Part shown: positions 38,764-48,374 of the stretch, piece after piece
Layout: each line of letters starts with the position of its first letter
Numbering within the stretch: the first letter of the stretch is position 1
Source: Gemmatimonadota bacterium
GTDB lineage: Bacteria > Gemmatimonadota > Gemmatimonadetes > JACCXV01 > JAHWKZ01
NCBI GenBank assembly: GCA_035687745.1
Contig: DASRVA010000090.1
Coordinates: 291 to 64,290, forward strand
Length of the DNA stretch: 64,000 bases
Reading direction: 5' to 3'
Position numbers and translations under genes: made by a program
The notes under the pieces: generated by a model
Seen by the model: the letters and a program-made list of their open reading frames with translations, nothing else
Told to the model about the DNA's origin: nothing
The model's database searches: none

Positions 38764-39233
38764 GCGACCCGACCACCCTCCGCCCCGAGGCGGTGGCAGA
38801 GACCACCCGCGTGCGACCGACCCCGCTCCTCGTCTACTTCGTCTTCGGCCTTCTCTTCGGGATCGTCCTCGTCAAGAGCGAGGCCGTCTCGTGGTTCCGG
38901 ATCCAGGAGATGTTCCGCTTCCAGAGCGTCCACATGTACGGGATCCTGGGGGGCGGGGTCGTGACGGCGTCGGCCCTGATCGCGCTCTTCCGGCGGCTCG
39001 GCCTGAGGACGGCGGAAGGCCATGAGATGCGGATCGAGCCCCGGACCTGGCGCCCGTACGCGAACGGCCTGGGCGGCCTGACCTTCGGCCTCGGCTGGGG
39101 GCTCCTGGGGGCCTGCCCGGGACCGTTCTACGCTCTTCTCGGGAGCGGTGTGACGGTGATGGCCGTGCCGATCGCGAGCGCGGTCGCCGGCACGTGGACC
39201 TACGGGCAGCTCAAGCCGCGACTGCCCCACTGA
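38760..39233 (+). CDS. YeeE/YedE-family membrane protein, half 2
   Basis: ATG 38760 overlaps the half-1 stop (ATGA); LGACPGPFYALLG motif. Confidence 0.7.
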   Translation: MSDPTTLRPEAVAETTRVRPTPLLVYFVFGLLFGIVLVKSEAVSWFRIQEMFRFQSVHMYGILGGGVVTASALIALFRRLGLRTAEGHEMRIEPRTWRPYANGLGGLTFGLGWGLLGACPGPFYALLGSGVTVMAVPIASAVAGTWTYGQLKPRLPH

Positions 39234-39322
39234 GTCATCCATGAGCACCGTGGATCGCAGGCTGGCCGCAATCCTGGGTCGGTCCAAGGCCATTCTGGCC
39301 CGGCTCTGAAGGAGTTTCAACC

Positions 39323-40470
39323 ATGCCTTTCGCCGCCTACCCCACCCCTTACGTCTTCGATCAGAAGAACGGCACCAAGAAGATCCAGCAGTGCATCTGG
39401 GGCGACACGATCGAGGCCCGGGGCCCCGAGGAGGACGGCTGGGTCCCGGTGGTCGCGCGCGGCGACGAGGGGTGGATGCGAGCCTCGGATCTCCAGGACC
39501 ATCGCCTGCTCGAGATCGTCGTCGTCGACATCGGGCAGGGAGACGGTTGCTTCATCGTGACCCCGCAGAACAAGCTCATCCTCGTGGACGCCGGCCTCGG
39601 GAACAACATGGTGCGATTCCTCCGGTGGCGGGTCGACCTGCGCGCAAACCCGGAGAGGATGGTGCGATTCGAGAGCGGGGTGATCTCCCATCCGGACGAG
39701 GACCACTACGGCGGCTTTGATCCCATCCTCAAGCGGAACTTCGAGTTCGGCGCCATCTACCACAACGGCGTCGTCGAGCGGAAGGGACCCGATCGTCTGG
39801 GGCCCAAGGAGGGCCCGACCGGGCAGAAGCGGCTGACCGACACCATCGTCGACGAAGTAGGGCTCGCCACCATATTGGACGATCCGGCCAAGGTCGGGGA
39901 TATGCACTATCCAACCTGCTCAAGCTGGCCCGCGACGAGGCCGACGTCCCGAAGATACGGATGCTGAGCGCGCTGGACGGTCATCTCCCCGGATACGGTC
40001 CTACTGCGCAGATGACGATCGAGGTGCTGAGCCCGGTCCCCGAGGTCAGGCCGGACGGCTCGCTCAGGCTCCCGTGGTCCAACAGCGACGGGATCACCAA
40101 GAACGGCAACTCGGTCATCCTTCGAATCCGGATCGGGAAGGTGAGGATCCTCCTGGGCGGCGACTTGAACCACCCGTTCGAGCGGGTCGAGCGGAGCGTG
40201 GCCGTCTACGACACCATCAACCTGCGGACCGACGGCGAGCAGGTCGTGATCGCGCAGAAGCTCGAGCGGCCGCGCCCCAACGGCGAGAAGTGTGATGCGC
40301 ACCGGCTCGAGCTAGACGAGAGCGTGGAATTCAAGTACCTGGGCGACGTGAGAGTCCTCCCCTCGGCCCCCTCGCTGTTCCGGCGGGCGACTATATTGAG
40401 GCGGCGTGATTTCGCCGTACTCAAACGGCCCGGAATCTGTCTTCCTTCCCCAATGAGGCCATCCACGTGA
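39323..40470 (+). pseudogene. ComEC/Rec2-like MBL-fold hydrolase, reading frame broken by a frameshift at a G4 run near 39896
   Basis: AAGGAG RBS; LEIVVVDIGQGDGCFIV...LILVDAG and SHPDEDHYGG (H-x-D-x-D-H) in frame 2, then NGNSVILRIRIGKVRILLGGD continuing in frame 1 from about 39900. The C-terminal MBL motifs are degenerate. Confidence 0.55.
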
Positions 40471-42314
40471 ATCGTCCCACCGTCGACCGCAGGCTCTCCG
40501 CTATTCTCGCCGCGGACGTGGTCGGCTACAGCCGCCTCATGGGCCGCGACGAAGAGGGGACGCTCGCTTCCTTGAAGGAGGTCAGGGCGAACCTCGTCGA
40601 TCCCGCGATCTCTCGATACAACGGCCGAATCGTGAAGACGACCGGCGACGGTCTTCTGGTCGAGTTCCCGAGCGTCGTCGATGCGCTCCGGTGTGCGATC
40701 GAGGTGCAGGGGAGGATGACGGAGCGCGGTGTCGATGTGCCCGACGACCGGAGGCTCCAGTTCAGAGTCGGCATCAACCTTGGGGACGTCATCATCGACG
40801 GCGACGACATCTTCGGGGACGGCGTCAACGTGGCGGCGCGGCTCGAGAATCTGTCGGACCCTGGCGGGATCTGCATCTCGCAGGCGGTCTGGGACCTGGC
40901 CCGCGGGCGGATCGAAGTGCCGTTCGACGACAGGGGCGAAGTCACCGTCAAGAACATCGCCCGGCCGATCCGGATCTACGGTGCCCGCTTCGATTCCTCG
41001 CGGAGATCGGCTGCCCACACAGATGCAGCCGCGGCCAAGCGCTCGATCGCGGTCCTCCCGTTCGCGAACTGGAGCTCGGACCCCGAGAACGAGTTCTTCA
41101 GCGACGGCGTCTCCGAGGAGCTGATCAACCTCCTGACCAAGCTCCCGCAGCTTCAGGTTTCCGCCCGGACGTCGTCTTTCGCCTTCAAGAACAAGGAGGT
41201 CAACGTCCGGACGATCGCCCGGGAGCTAGGGGTCAAGACGGTCCTCGAGGGCAGCGTGCGGCGCGCTGGAAAACGGATTCGGATCACGGCCCAGCTCATC
41301 GACGCGGAGAACGGCTTCCACATGTGGTCCGAGACGTTCGATCGCGAGCTCGAGGACATCTTCGCCGTCCAGGACGAGATCGCGCGCAGCATCGTCGATG
41401 CCCTGGAGATCACCCTCAGCCCGAAGGAGGAGCGGGTCATCGAGCAGGTGCCGACGACCGACGTCAAGGCGTACGACTGTTACCTGCGTGGCCGGCTCTA
41501 CTATCACGACCAGCGGGGGGGCGTCAAGCCGGCCCTGAAGATGTTCCAGCAGGCCATCGAGATCGATCCGGAGTACGCTCTCGCCCACGCGGGGCTCGCC
41601 GATGCGTCCTCGCTGCTGTATACGTGGTACGACAAGGATCAGGGTCATCTCGAGCGGGCTGACGGGGCCAGCCTTCGTGCCCTGGAGCTCGATCCGGATC
41701 TGGCCGAGGCACACGCGGCACGGGCGCATGTTCTCGCGCTCAGAAATCATTACGACGAGGCTTACAAGGAGTTCGAAACCGCGATCCGCCTCGACCCCAC
41801 GTTCTACGAGGCTTACTATCTATATGGTCGCGTCGCTCTGATGCACGGCCGATTCGAAAAGTCCGCTCAGATGTTCGAGAAGGCGTTCGCAGTGAGACCG
41901 GACGACTACCAAGCCCCGCTTCTGGTCACGCAGGTCTACCGCTCGCTGGGCAAGGAGCCTGAGGTACGCGAAGCCTACCAGCGCGGCGTGCGACTCGTCG
42001 AGAAATATCTCAAGCTGAACCCCGATGATCAGCGGGCACTGGTCCTGGGAGCGAATGCCCTGTGGCTCGTGGGCCAGCCGGAACGCGCGCTCGAGTGGGC
42101 GAATCGAGCGCTGGCGCTGGACCCGGAGAACCCCAGCGTCCTGTACAACCTGGGGTGCTTCTATTCCATCGCCGGAGCCTCGAACAAGGCGCTCGACTGC
42201 CTCGAGAGATCCCTGCAGATCGGCGCGATCTCCAAGGAGTGGGTCGAGCACGACAGCGACCTCGATCCGATCCGCGCGGAACCTCGCTTCCAGGCGCTTC
42301 TGGAGAAGCTCTAG
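40467..42314 (+). CDS. class III adenylate/guanylate cyclase fused to TolB-N-like domain and TPR repeats
   Basis: Cyclase motifs LAADVVGYSRLM, KTTGDGLLVEF, GDGVNVAARLE. GTG overlaps the MBL stop (GTGA). Confidence 0.8.
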   Translation: MNRPTVDRRLSAILAADVVGYSRLMGRDEEGTLASLKEVRANLVDPAISRYNGRIVKTTGDGLLVEFPSVVDALRCAIEVQGRMTERGVDVPDDRRLQFRVGINLGDVIIDGDDIFGDGVNVAARLENLSDPGGICISQAVWDLARGRIEVPFDDRGEVTVKNIARPIRIYGARFDSSRRSAAHTDAAAAKRSIAVLPFANWSSDPENEFFSDGVSEELINLLTKLPQLQVSARTSSFAFKNKEVNVRTIARELGVKTVLEGSVRRAGKRIRITAQLIDAENGFHMWSETFDRELEDIFAVQDEIARSIVDALEITLSPKEERVIEQVPTTDVKAYDCYLRGRLYYHDQRGGVKPALKMFQQAIEIDPEYALAHAGLADASSLLYTWYDKDQGHLERADGASLRALELDPDLAEAHAARAHVLALRNHYDEAYKEFETAIRLDPTFYEAYYLYGRVALMHGRFEKSAQMFEKAFAVRPDDYQAPLLVTQVYRSLGKEPEVREAYQRGVRLVEKYLKLNPDDQRALVLGANALWLVGQPERALEWANRALALDPENPSVLYNLGCFYSIAGASNKALDCLERSLQIGAISKEWVEHDSDLDPIRAEPRFQALLEKL

Positions 42315-42329
42315 AAGCGTCTGCCCTCG

Positions 42330-42623
42330 GTGATCGTTCTCCAAGCCATGGCGATCCTGATCGAATGGCCGCTCCTGGCCCTGCTCCCGCTGGCCCTCTT
42401 CCTCGCGCTGTTCGTCTGGTCGCTTAGCCGTGTGGCCCTGGTGGCCGCTCTCCTGTGGGCGCTCTACGTCCCCTACGAGCTCGCGATGAAGCACCGGATT
42501 CTGTGCTCGGGCGAGTGCAACATCCGGATCGACCTGCTGGTCATATACCCGCTCCTGATCGTGACGTCGGCTCTGGCGGTCGTGATGGCGGTGCGGGCGG
42601 GGCGACGCGCGTCCGCTCCCTGA
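42330..42623 (+). CDS. small hydrophobic protein, hypothetical
   Basis: 97 aa, three predicted TM segments; no homology recognised. Confidence 0.35.
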   Translation: MIVLQAMAILIEWPLLALLPLALFLALFVWSLSRVALVAALLWALYVPYELAMKHRILCSGECNIRIDLLVIYPLLIVTSALAVVMAVRAGRRASAP

Positions 42624-42657
42624 AATGAGAAACCCCCACCGGACGTGCCGGCGGGGG
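42619..42657 (-). terminator. intrinsic terminator of csp copy 1
   Basis: 10-bp GC stem CCCCCACCGG/CCGGCGGGGG (one G-U wobble), 5-nt loop; U-run UUUCUCAUUU on the minus strand. Confidence 0.65.
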
Positions 42658-42701
42658 CTTCCTCTATCGGTCACTCGAGGCGACCGCGTCGGTCTGCGGT
42701 G

Positions 42702-42917
42702 TTAGGCCGAGACGGCGCGGGTGACGTTCTCCGCCTGCGGGCCCTTCGCGCCCTGCGTGATCTCGAACTCGACCTTGTCGTTCTCCGCCAGGGACTTGAA
42801 GCCGTCCCCGCCGATGGCCGAGAAGTGGACGAAGACGTCCGGGCCGCTCTCCTGCTGGATGAACCCGAACCCCTTCGCGTCGTTGAACCACTTCACGGTG
42901 CCGGTATGTCTGGTCAT
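42702..42917 (-). CDS. cspA: cold-shock protein (CspA family)
   Basis: [15 protein letters not shown] (RNP1) and VFVHFSAI (RNP2). Confidence 0.9.
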   Translation of the reverse strand: MTRHTGTVKWFNDAKGFGFIQQESGPDVFVHFSAIGGDGFKSLAENDKVEFEITQGAKGPQAENVTRAVSA

Positions 42918-43118
42918 GCGTCTTCCTTTGTCGTGTTGCGTTTCGTCCGGCTTCCGCCGGCGTCTCTCAGGCCTCGGGTGTCACGCACAAAAAAGCGCCG
43001 CTCTCTTCGATTCTCCGTCGAGAGTCCGGCGCGTTGTTTCGAACGGTCGATCCCTTGGACGAACTGTCTGTTCCTGAAAGCGGGAAGAAGTTAGGTCATG
43101 GACCCGTTCTTGTCCAGT
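42918..43118 (-). promoter_or_regulatory. csp copy 1 long 5'UTR (about 165 nt) plus promoter TGGACA-N17-TAACTT
   Basis: Conserved with the copy-2 leader (see findings); candidate CspA-type RNA thermosensor. Confidence 0.5.
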
Positions 43119-43157
43119 GGCACAAAAGAAGAACCCCCGCCGGCAAGCCGGCGGGGG
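43119..43157 (-). terminator. intrinsic terminator of csp copy 2
   Basis: Perfect 10-bp stem CCCCCGCCGG/CCGGCGGGGG, loop CAAG, followed on the minus strand by UUCUUCUUUUGUG. Confidence 0.7.
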
Positions 43158-43200
43158 CATCTCCTCTCGGTCGCTTTCAGCGACCGCGTCGGTCGGGGTC

Positions 43201-43413
43201 TTAGGCGACCCGGGTGACGTTCGCGGCCTGCGGACCCTTCTGGCCCTGCGTGATCTCGAACTCGACCTTGTCATTCTCGGCGAGGGACTTGAAGCCCTCC
43301 TGCGAGATGGCCGAGAAGTGGACGAAGACGTCCGGGCCATTCTCCTGCTGGATGAACCCGAACCCCTTGGCATCGTTGAACCACTTCACGGTTCCGGTGT
43401 GTCTTTCAGCCAT
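43201..43413 (-). CDS. cspA: cold-shock protein (CspA family), tandem paralog
   Basis: Same RNP motifs. Start ATG 43413 ([13 protein letters not shown]) with AAGGAAAG RBS; the track's longer N-terminus is less likely. Confidence 0.9.
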   Translation of the reverse strand: MAERHTGTVKWFNDAKGFGFIQQENGPDVFVHFSAISQEGFKSLAENDKVEFEITQGQKGPQAANVTRVA

Positions 43414-43630
43414 CTTTCTTTCCTTTGTTGTGTTCGTTTCGTTGTTCACCCGGCGTCACCGCCGGGGTCTTCCAGGGCCTCGGGTCTCGCGCACAAAAAA
43501 AGCGCCTCTCTCTTCGGTCTTCCGTCGAGAGTCCGGCGCGTCGTTTCGAGCGGTCGTTCCCTTGGACGTACTAGTTCTGCCTGAAAGCGAGGACAGTATA
43601 GCCGATTCCGGGACGTTCCGTCAACCCCTC
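43414..43630 (-). promoter_or_regulatory. csp copy 2 long 5'UTR plus promoter (-35 TTGAAC/TTGACG-like, -10 TATACT at 43594-43599)
   Basis: Strong sigma70-like -10/-35 about 7 nt upstream of the conserved leader start CUUUCAGG. Confidence 0.55.
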
Positions 43631-43649
43631 CGACCGGCTCCCGTGAGGG

Positions 43650-44468
43650 TCACTGGCCGGCCGGGGCGCATTCCGGGGGCGCCTCCACGTCCGGATACGC
43701 CGTCTCTGCCCACCGGGCGGTCGCGAAGGCGTGAGGATCGAACAGCTCATCAGGGAGGCCGGAATGGGGTCGGACCTCGCCGTAGCACTCCGTCGTGACC
43801 AGCCGTCCCCCGACCAGGATCCGGATCTCACCCTCGATCCAGCCACCGGACATGAACCGGTGGTGCGAAACTCGGAACTCCACCCGGGGATGGCCGTCGC
43901 CGGGTGGTTGAATCACCCTCACCGGATACAGGTGTTCGCGGTCGTACCAGATCTGGGCGGCTGTGGTGTCGCTCGCGAGGGTGCCCACGATGACGACCGG
44001 TCGGCCCTCCCAGTCACCCTCGTGCATGGCGGTCAGGTCCACACCCAGCGCTCGCAGGCGCATGAGAGTGCTGTCCACGGGCAGCGCGTAGATGTCGAGC
44101 AGCACGAGCATCGTGATCCAGCGCTCGTCGCCCTTCGCGACCACGATGTCGCCGGCCTCGAAGGCATACAGCGAATCGGCGCGGTACATGAAGCCGCTGC
44201 GCTCCTCCAGCGGCGCCTTGTCCACCCGGACGAGACCCGGCGGCCGGATGGCCTCATACCAGAGCTCCACCGTGCCGTCCGCAGGCTCGGTCCTTTGGAT
44301 GAAGGTCACGTGGGTGAACCGCTTCCCCGTGTACCGGTCATGGATCTGCCGGAAGACCGCGCTCGCGTCGGCAAACGGAGCGGTTTCCGCGTGCGACAGC
44401 GCGCAGGCGATCATGGCCACGAGAATGACGAGCCCCAGGCGTGGATCCGGGGAACGCCTCACAGTCAT
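43650..44468 (-). CDS. secreted hypothetical protein
   Basis: ATG (MTVRRSPDPRLGLVILVAMIACALSHA) signal peptide; 272 aa. The upstream 182 aa of the track ORF is read-through. Confidence 0.5.
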   Translation of the reverse strand: MTVRRSPDPRLGLVILVAMIACALSHAETAPFADASAVFRQIHDRYTGKRFTHVTFIQRTEPADGTVELWYEAIRPPGLVRVDKAPLEERSGFMYRADSLYAFEAGDIVVAKGDERWITMLVLLDIYALPVDSTLMRLRALGVDLTAMHEGDWEGRPVVIVGTLASDTTAAQIWYDREHLYPVRVIQPPGDGHPRVEFRVSHHRFMSGGWIEGEIRILVGGRLVTTECYGEVRPHSGLPDELFDPHAFATARWAETAYPDVEAPPECAPAGQ

Positions 44469-44488
44469 CCGGCTCTCCCTTCTATTCC

Positions 44489-45841
44489 TCAGGCCAGCTC
44501 GCGAACCGCCCGGAGCGCGGCCTCCACCTCTTCCGGCGTGTTCCGGATGGAGGGCGAGAACCGCAGATATTCGACGGCGTAGGGAGTCGTGCTCGCCACG
44601 ATCTCCCGCTGCCGGAGCGCGGAGACCGCCGAGCGGGCCGACATCCCTTCGAGGTCGCAGCAGACGATTCCGGAGGAGAGGTCGTCGTCCAGCGGCGTGA
44701 TGAGTTCGACCCCGTCGATCGACTCGAGGCCCTCCTTGAGCTGACGGGCGAGGTCGTGCGTCCGTTCCCGGACCCGGTCCTTCCCGATCGCGCGATGGAG
44801 CTGGAACGCCGGCGCCATCGCCCAGCGATGCTCGAACGGCTTGAAGCCGCCCGGCGTCATGCGGGCGCCGTCGGCGCGCCCTTCCGGCTCCTCGTCCCGG
44901 AACCAGGCCCTCCACGACGCCCCGTCCCGGAAGCTCGGGATCGAGGGTTGGAGGTGGGCCCACCGGTCGCCTTTCCCCCACAGAATCCCCGTGCCGCGCG
45001 GACCGAAGATCCACTTGTGGGTGCCGGCCGCGAGAAAGTCGATGCCGAGATCGTCGACCGTCTCGTCCTCGATCCCGAAGCCATGGACGCCGTCCATGCA
45101 GAGGAGGAGCCGGTCCTCCTCATCGCGGCCGTCGTTCGCTTCCTCGACGACCTCGGCGATCTCGGAGAGCGGGATCCTGAGCCCCGTCCCCGAGTGGACC
45201 CAGGTCAGGGCGAGGACCCGCGTCCGGGGCCGGATCGCATTCCGAATGGCGCCGACGATCCCTCCCGCCGAAACCCCCCCGATCTCGTCATAGAGCCGGA
45301 TTTTCCGCAACGTGGCGCCGGTCCGCCCGGCTGCCTGGCGAAGGGACTCGTGCGTCACGTAGTAGTCGTGCTCGGTCGTCAGCAGCTCGTCGCCCTGGCG
45401 CAGGCGAAGGCCGTTGTAGAGGATCCCAAGCCCCATCGTGGTCGAGTCCGTGAGCGCGATGTCGTCGGCGTCGGCCCCGAGGTAGTCGGCGGCCGCCTCG
45501 ACCGAGGCCCACGTCAGCCGGTCGTCATTTCGTTCGTGATAGAGGGTCGGCTCGAGGTCGAGGCCCAGGCGGTGCTCTTCGATCGCGCTCCGGACCGGCC
45601 ACGGATGGCTGGCGAGCAGCATGGCCGAGAGGTCGATCGGCCGCTCGGCGATCGCGAACTGCTCCCTCACCGAGCCCCAGTCCTGGGGATCGAACCTCGG
45701 GCGTTCGCCGGGCGGGAAATCGCCTGAAGCGGCCCGGGGCCTCTCGGAGCGCGCGATCCGAGCTCCGCCCAGCCCTCCGCAAGCAGCGGTCAGGCCCGCA
45801 GCGAGCGTACCGGTCGAGGCGAGAAATCTGCGGCGGTTCAT
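44489..45841 (-). CDS. Tat-exported class-V PLP-dependent aminotransferase-fold enzyme (isopenicillin-N-epimerase / cysteine-desulfurase-like)
   Basis: Twin-arginine signal MNRRRFLASTGTLAAGLTAACGG; PLP-fold motifs incl. AAGTHKW (lysine). Confidence 0.75.
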   Translation of the reverse strand: MNRRRFLASTGTLAAGLTAACGGLGGARIARSERPRAASGDFPPGERPRFDPQDWGSVREQFAIAERPIDLSAMLLASHPWPVRSAIEEHRLGLDLEPTLYHERNDDRLTWASVEAAADYLGADADDIALTDSTTMGLGILYNGLRLRQGDELLTTEHDYYVTHESLRQAAGRTGATLRKIRLYDEIGGVSAGGIVGAIRNAIRPRTRVLALTWVHSGTGLRIPLSEIAEVVEEANDGRDEEDRLLLCMDGVHGFGIEDETVDDLGIDFLAAGTHKWIFGPRGTGILWGKGDRWAHLQPSIPSFRDGASWRAWFRDEEPEGRADGARMTPGGFKPFEHRWAMAPAFQLHRAIGKDRVRERTHDLARQLKEGLESIDGVELITPLDDDLSSGIVCCDLEGMSARSAVSALRQREIVASTTPYAVEYLRFSPSIRNTPEEVEAALRAVRELA

Positions 45842-46012
45842 GGCCATGACTACAAGGTAGGTTAGAGTTCGATCGTCGCCGTCGTATGTCTGACGCCTAT
45901 CCGGCGGCAGCCATTCACGTGGCCTGGTTTGGATACCCGTCGGGCTGGACACCGTGCCCGCGAGCGAGATCCGCTTCGATTCCATGATGGCCGCCACGCG
46001 TGAGGTGGCTTC

Positions 46013-47014
46013 TTGACCCGCATCATCTCCCAGGCCGAGGTCCCGGCCCTCCTCCCAATGGTCGAGTGCGTCGAGGTCATCGAAGAGGCCTTGATCGCGC
46101 GGGCCATAGGGGAGGCGAAACTCCCCGTCCGCCAGTTGATGTGGCTCCCCGACCGGAGCGGCCTCCTTGGCCTCATGCCGGCCTACCTCGGCCCGCCGCG
46201 GATCATGGGAGGCAAGTTCATCAGCGTGATCCCGGCCAACCATGGGACCGAGCTGGACACGCACCAGGGGGCGGTGCTTCTCTTCGAGTCCGATCGCGGG
46301 CGGCTCCTGGCGGTGGTGGACGCCACCTCGATCACCGAGATCCGGACGGCCGCCGCGAGCGCGGTCGCGACCCGCGCCCTGGCCCGCCAGGAAGCGGGTG
46401 ACCTGGCCATCCTGGGAACGGGCGTCCAGGCCCGCTCGCACGTCGCAGCCATGCGGATCGCGCGCGAGATCCGGAGCGTCCGCGTGTGGGACCGCAACGC
46501 GGACCGTGCGGAGAACTTCGCGCGGCGAGAGTCCGGGCGTCATGGGTTCGAGATGCGCGCGACCCGGTCCGCGCGCGAGGCGGTCGAGGGCGCCGACCTC
46601 GTCTGCACGACGACCGCGGCGACCGAGCCCGTCCTCGAGGGCGCATGGCTCGCGCCCGGCGCGCACGTCAATGCCGTCGGAGCCTGCTTCCCGACCGCGC
46701 GCGAGCTCGACACCGAGGCGGTGCTAAGGTCCCGCTTCTTCGTCGATACGCGCGAGGGCGCTCTGCGGGAGGGGGGCGACTTCCTGATCCCCAGGGCCGC
46801 CGGCGAGGTGAACGACGACCATATCGTGGGGGAGATCGGCGAGGTCCTGATCGGGAAGGTCCCGGGGCGCCGTGCCCCCGACGAGATCACCGTTTTCGAA
46901 TCGCTCGGGATCGGGATCTACGACCTTGCGGCCGCGTACCGGATCTGGCAGAAGGCGGAGGAGAAGGGTGCCGGGATCGAGGCCGACCTGGGGGGTCGGT
47001 GTCTCGAGCCGTGA
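46013..47014 (+). CDS. ornithine cyclodeaminase / mu-crystallin family protein
   Basis: Rossmann ILGTGVQARSHV, 333 aa, TTG start per track. Confidence 0.8.
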   Translation: MTRIISQAEVPALLPMVECVEVIEEALIARAIGEAKLPVRQLMWLPDRSGLLGLMPAYLGPPRIMGGKFISVIPANHGTELDTHQGAVLLFESDRGRLLAVVDATSITEIRTAAASAVATRALARQEAGDLAILGTGVQARSHVAAMRIAREIRSVRVWDRNADRAENFARRESGRHGFEMRATRSAREAVEGADLVCTTTAATEPVLEGAWLAPGAHVNAVGACFPTARELDTEAVLRSRFFVDTREGALREGGDFLIPRAAGEVNDDHIVGEIGEVLIGKVPGRRAPDEITVFESLGIGIYDLAAAYRIWQKAEEKGAGIEADLGGRCLEP

Positions 47015-47078
47015 CCCGACCCGGCGAATCGTGAAACGTGTAGACTTGAGGACTTTAACCATCCCCAAGGAGGACCGA

Positions 47079-47792
47079 ATGAGATCTTGGAAGTCATTGG
47101 CGCTGGGAGTCGCCGCGATCCTCGCGGCCCCGGCCCCCACCCCGCTTCAGGCCCAGGAGGTGGCCCTGGTCACACCGTCGGCCGAGCCCATGGACGCCGA
47201 GACGGCCGCCGCGATCGAAGCGATCCGTAGCGCAACCGCCAAGTACGCTGACCCCGAGGTCGCGCTGGCCGAGGGGTACGTCCGCGATCCCGCGAACCTG
47301 TGCGCCCTTCCCGACCAAGAGGGCCTCCCCGTTCAGCTCGGTGCGATGGGAATCCACTTCTTCCGCCCCGATCTCCTGCAGATCACGGCGATGGGACCCC
47401 GCGTCGCCGGCGTCAGCACGCACACGGACTTTCTGCAGCCGTCGGTCCTCATCTACGTGCCGGACGAGAGCGGCGCGCTCAAGCTGGGCGCCGTCGAGAA
47501 CCTGGTCTTCGAGGGGGCGTGGAAGGAAGCCGGGAACGCCGGACCCCCGGAGTTCCACGGCCGCCAGTACTGGCACCGGATCGACAACCCCGCAACGCCG
47601 GATTTCGACGAGGCCCATCTGTTCGAACCCCATTACGAGCTCCACATCTGGCTCCATCACGACAACCCGAGCGGGATGTTCAGCCAGTACAATCCGGCTG
47701 TGAGCTGCGACACGTACGACGGCCCCAAGACGATGGCCGAGGCAATGGAGTACATGGCGGCGCATACCCCGCCGCCGGCCGACCAGCCGTAG
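47079..47792 (+). CDS. secreted hypothetical protein
   Basis: AAGGAGG RBS 5 nt upstream of ATG 47079; signal peptide MRSWKSLALGVAAILAAPAPTPLQAQE. Confidence 0.55.
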   Translation: MRSWKSLALGVAAILAAPAPTPLQAQEVALVTPSAEPMDAETAAAIEAIRSATAKYADPEVALAEGYVRDPANLCALPDQEGLPVQLGAMGIHFFRPDLLQITAMGPRVAGVSTHTDFLQPSVLIYVPDESGALKLGAVENLVFEGAWKEAGNAGPPEFHGRQYWHRIDNPATPDFDEAHLFEPHYELHIWLHHDNPSGMFSQYNPAVSCDTYDGPKTMAEAMEYMAAHTPPPADQP

Positions 47793-47796
47793 ACGT

Positions 47797-48204
47797 TCAG
47801 ATCTCCTCGGGACGATAGGTCCCGAAGCTCCACAGATGGCCCTCCAGGTCCCGGACCGAGTACTCGCGCGAGCCGTACTCGGTCTCCTGGAGCGGCCGCA
47901 CGATCTCGGCTCCCGCCGCCTTCGCGCGATCGTGGTGCGTCTCGACGTCCTCGACGTAGACGTAGATCCCTATCGGCTCGCTCGCCCACGGGTTGTCCTT
48001 GTCCGGCGGGCGGGCGGAGCCCAGCATGATGAAGCCGGGGCCGAACCGGAGCTCGGCGTGGGCGACAGTCCCGTCCGGACCGGGCACGACCATCTGCTCC
48101 TCGAAGCCGAACACGCGCTCGAGCCAGTTGACGGCGGCCGGGCCGTCCTTGTACTTGAGGGCGGGGAAGATGTTGGGGGTGGGGTCGTGGGTGGGTGCGT
48201 TCAT
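47797..48204 (-). CDS. VOC-family (glyoxalase/bleomycin-resistance fold) protein
   Basis: PhnB-like sequence; start at MNAPTHDP. Confidence 0.65.
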   Translation of the reverse strand: MNAPTHDPTPNIFPALKYKDGPAAVNWLERVFGFEEQMVVPGPDGTVAHAELRFGPGFIMLGSARPPDKDNPWASEPIGIYVYVEDVETHHDRAKAAGAEIVRPLQETEYGSREYSVRDLEGHLWSFGTYRPEEI

Positions 48205-48374
48205 GGTTCCTCCTCCGCCGGCGGCGGTTCGAGCCACTCAGGAACGTACGTACATGATACTGGATTCGAGAAACAGGCCTCTTTCGCCCGACACTGTTCT
48301 GTTGCCGTCTGGCCCGTCCGACTTTGTCCGCAGTAGGTTCGGCGCCTACACTCTCTCGGTCCAGAGGAGCCCCC

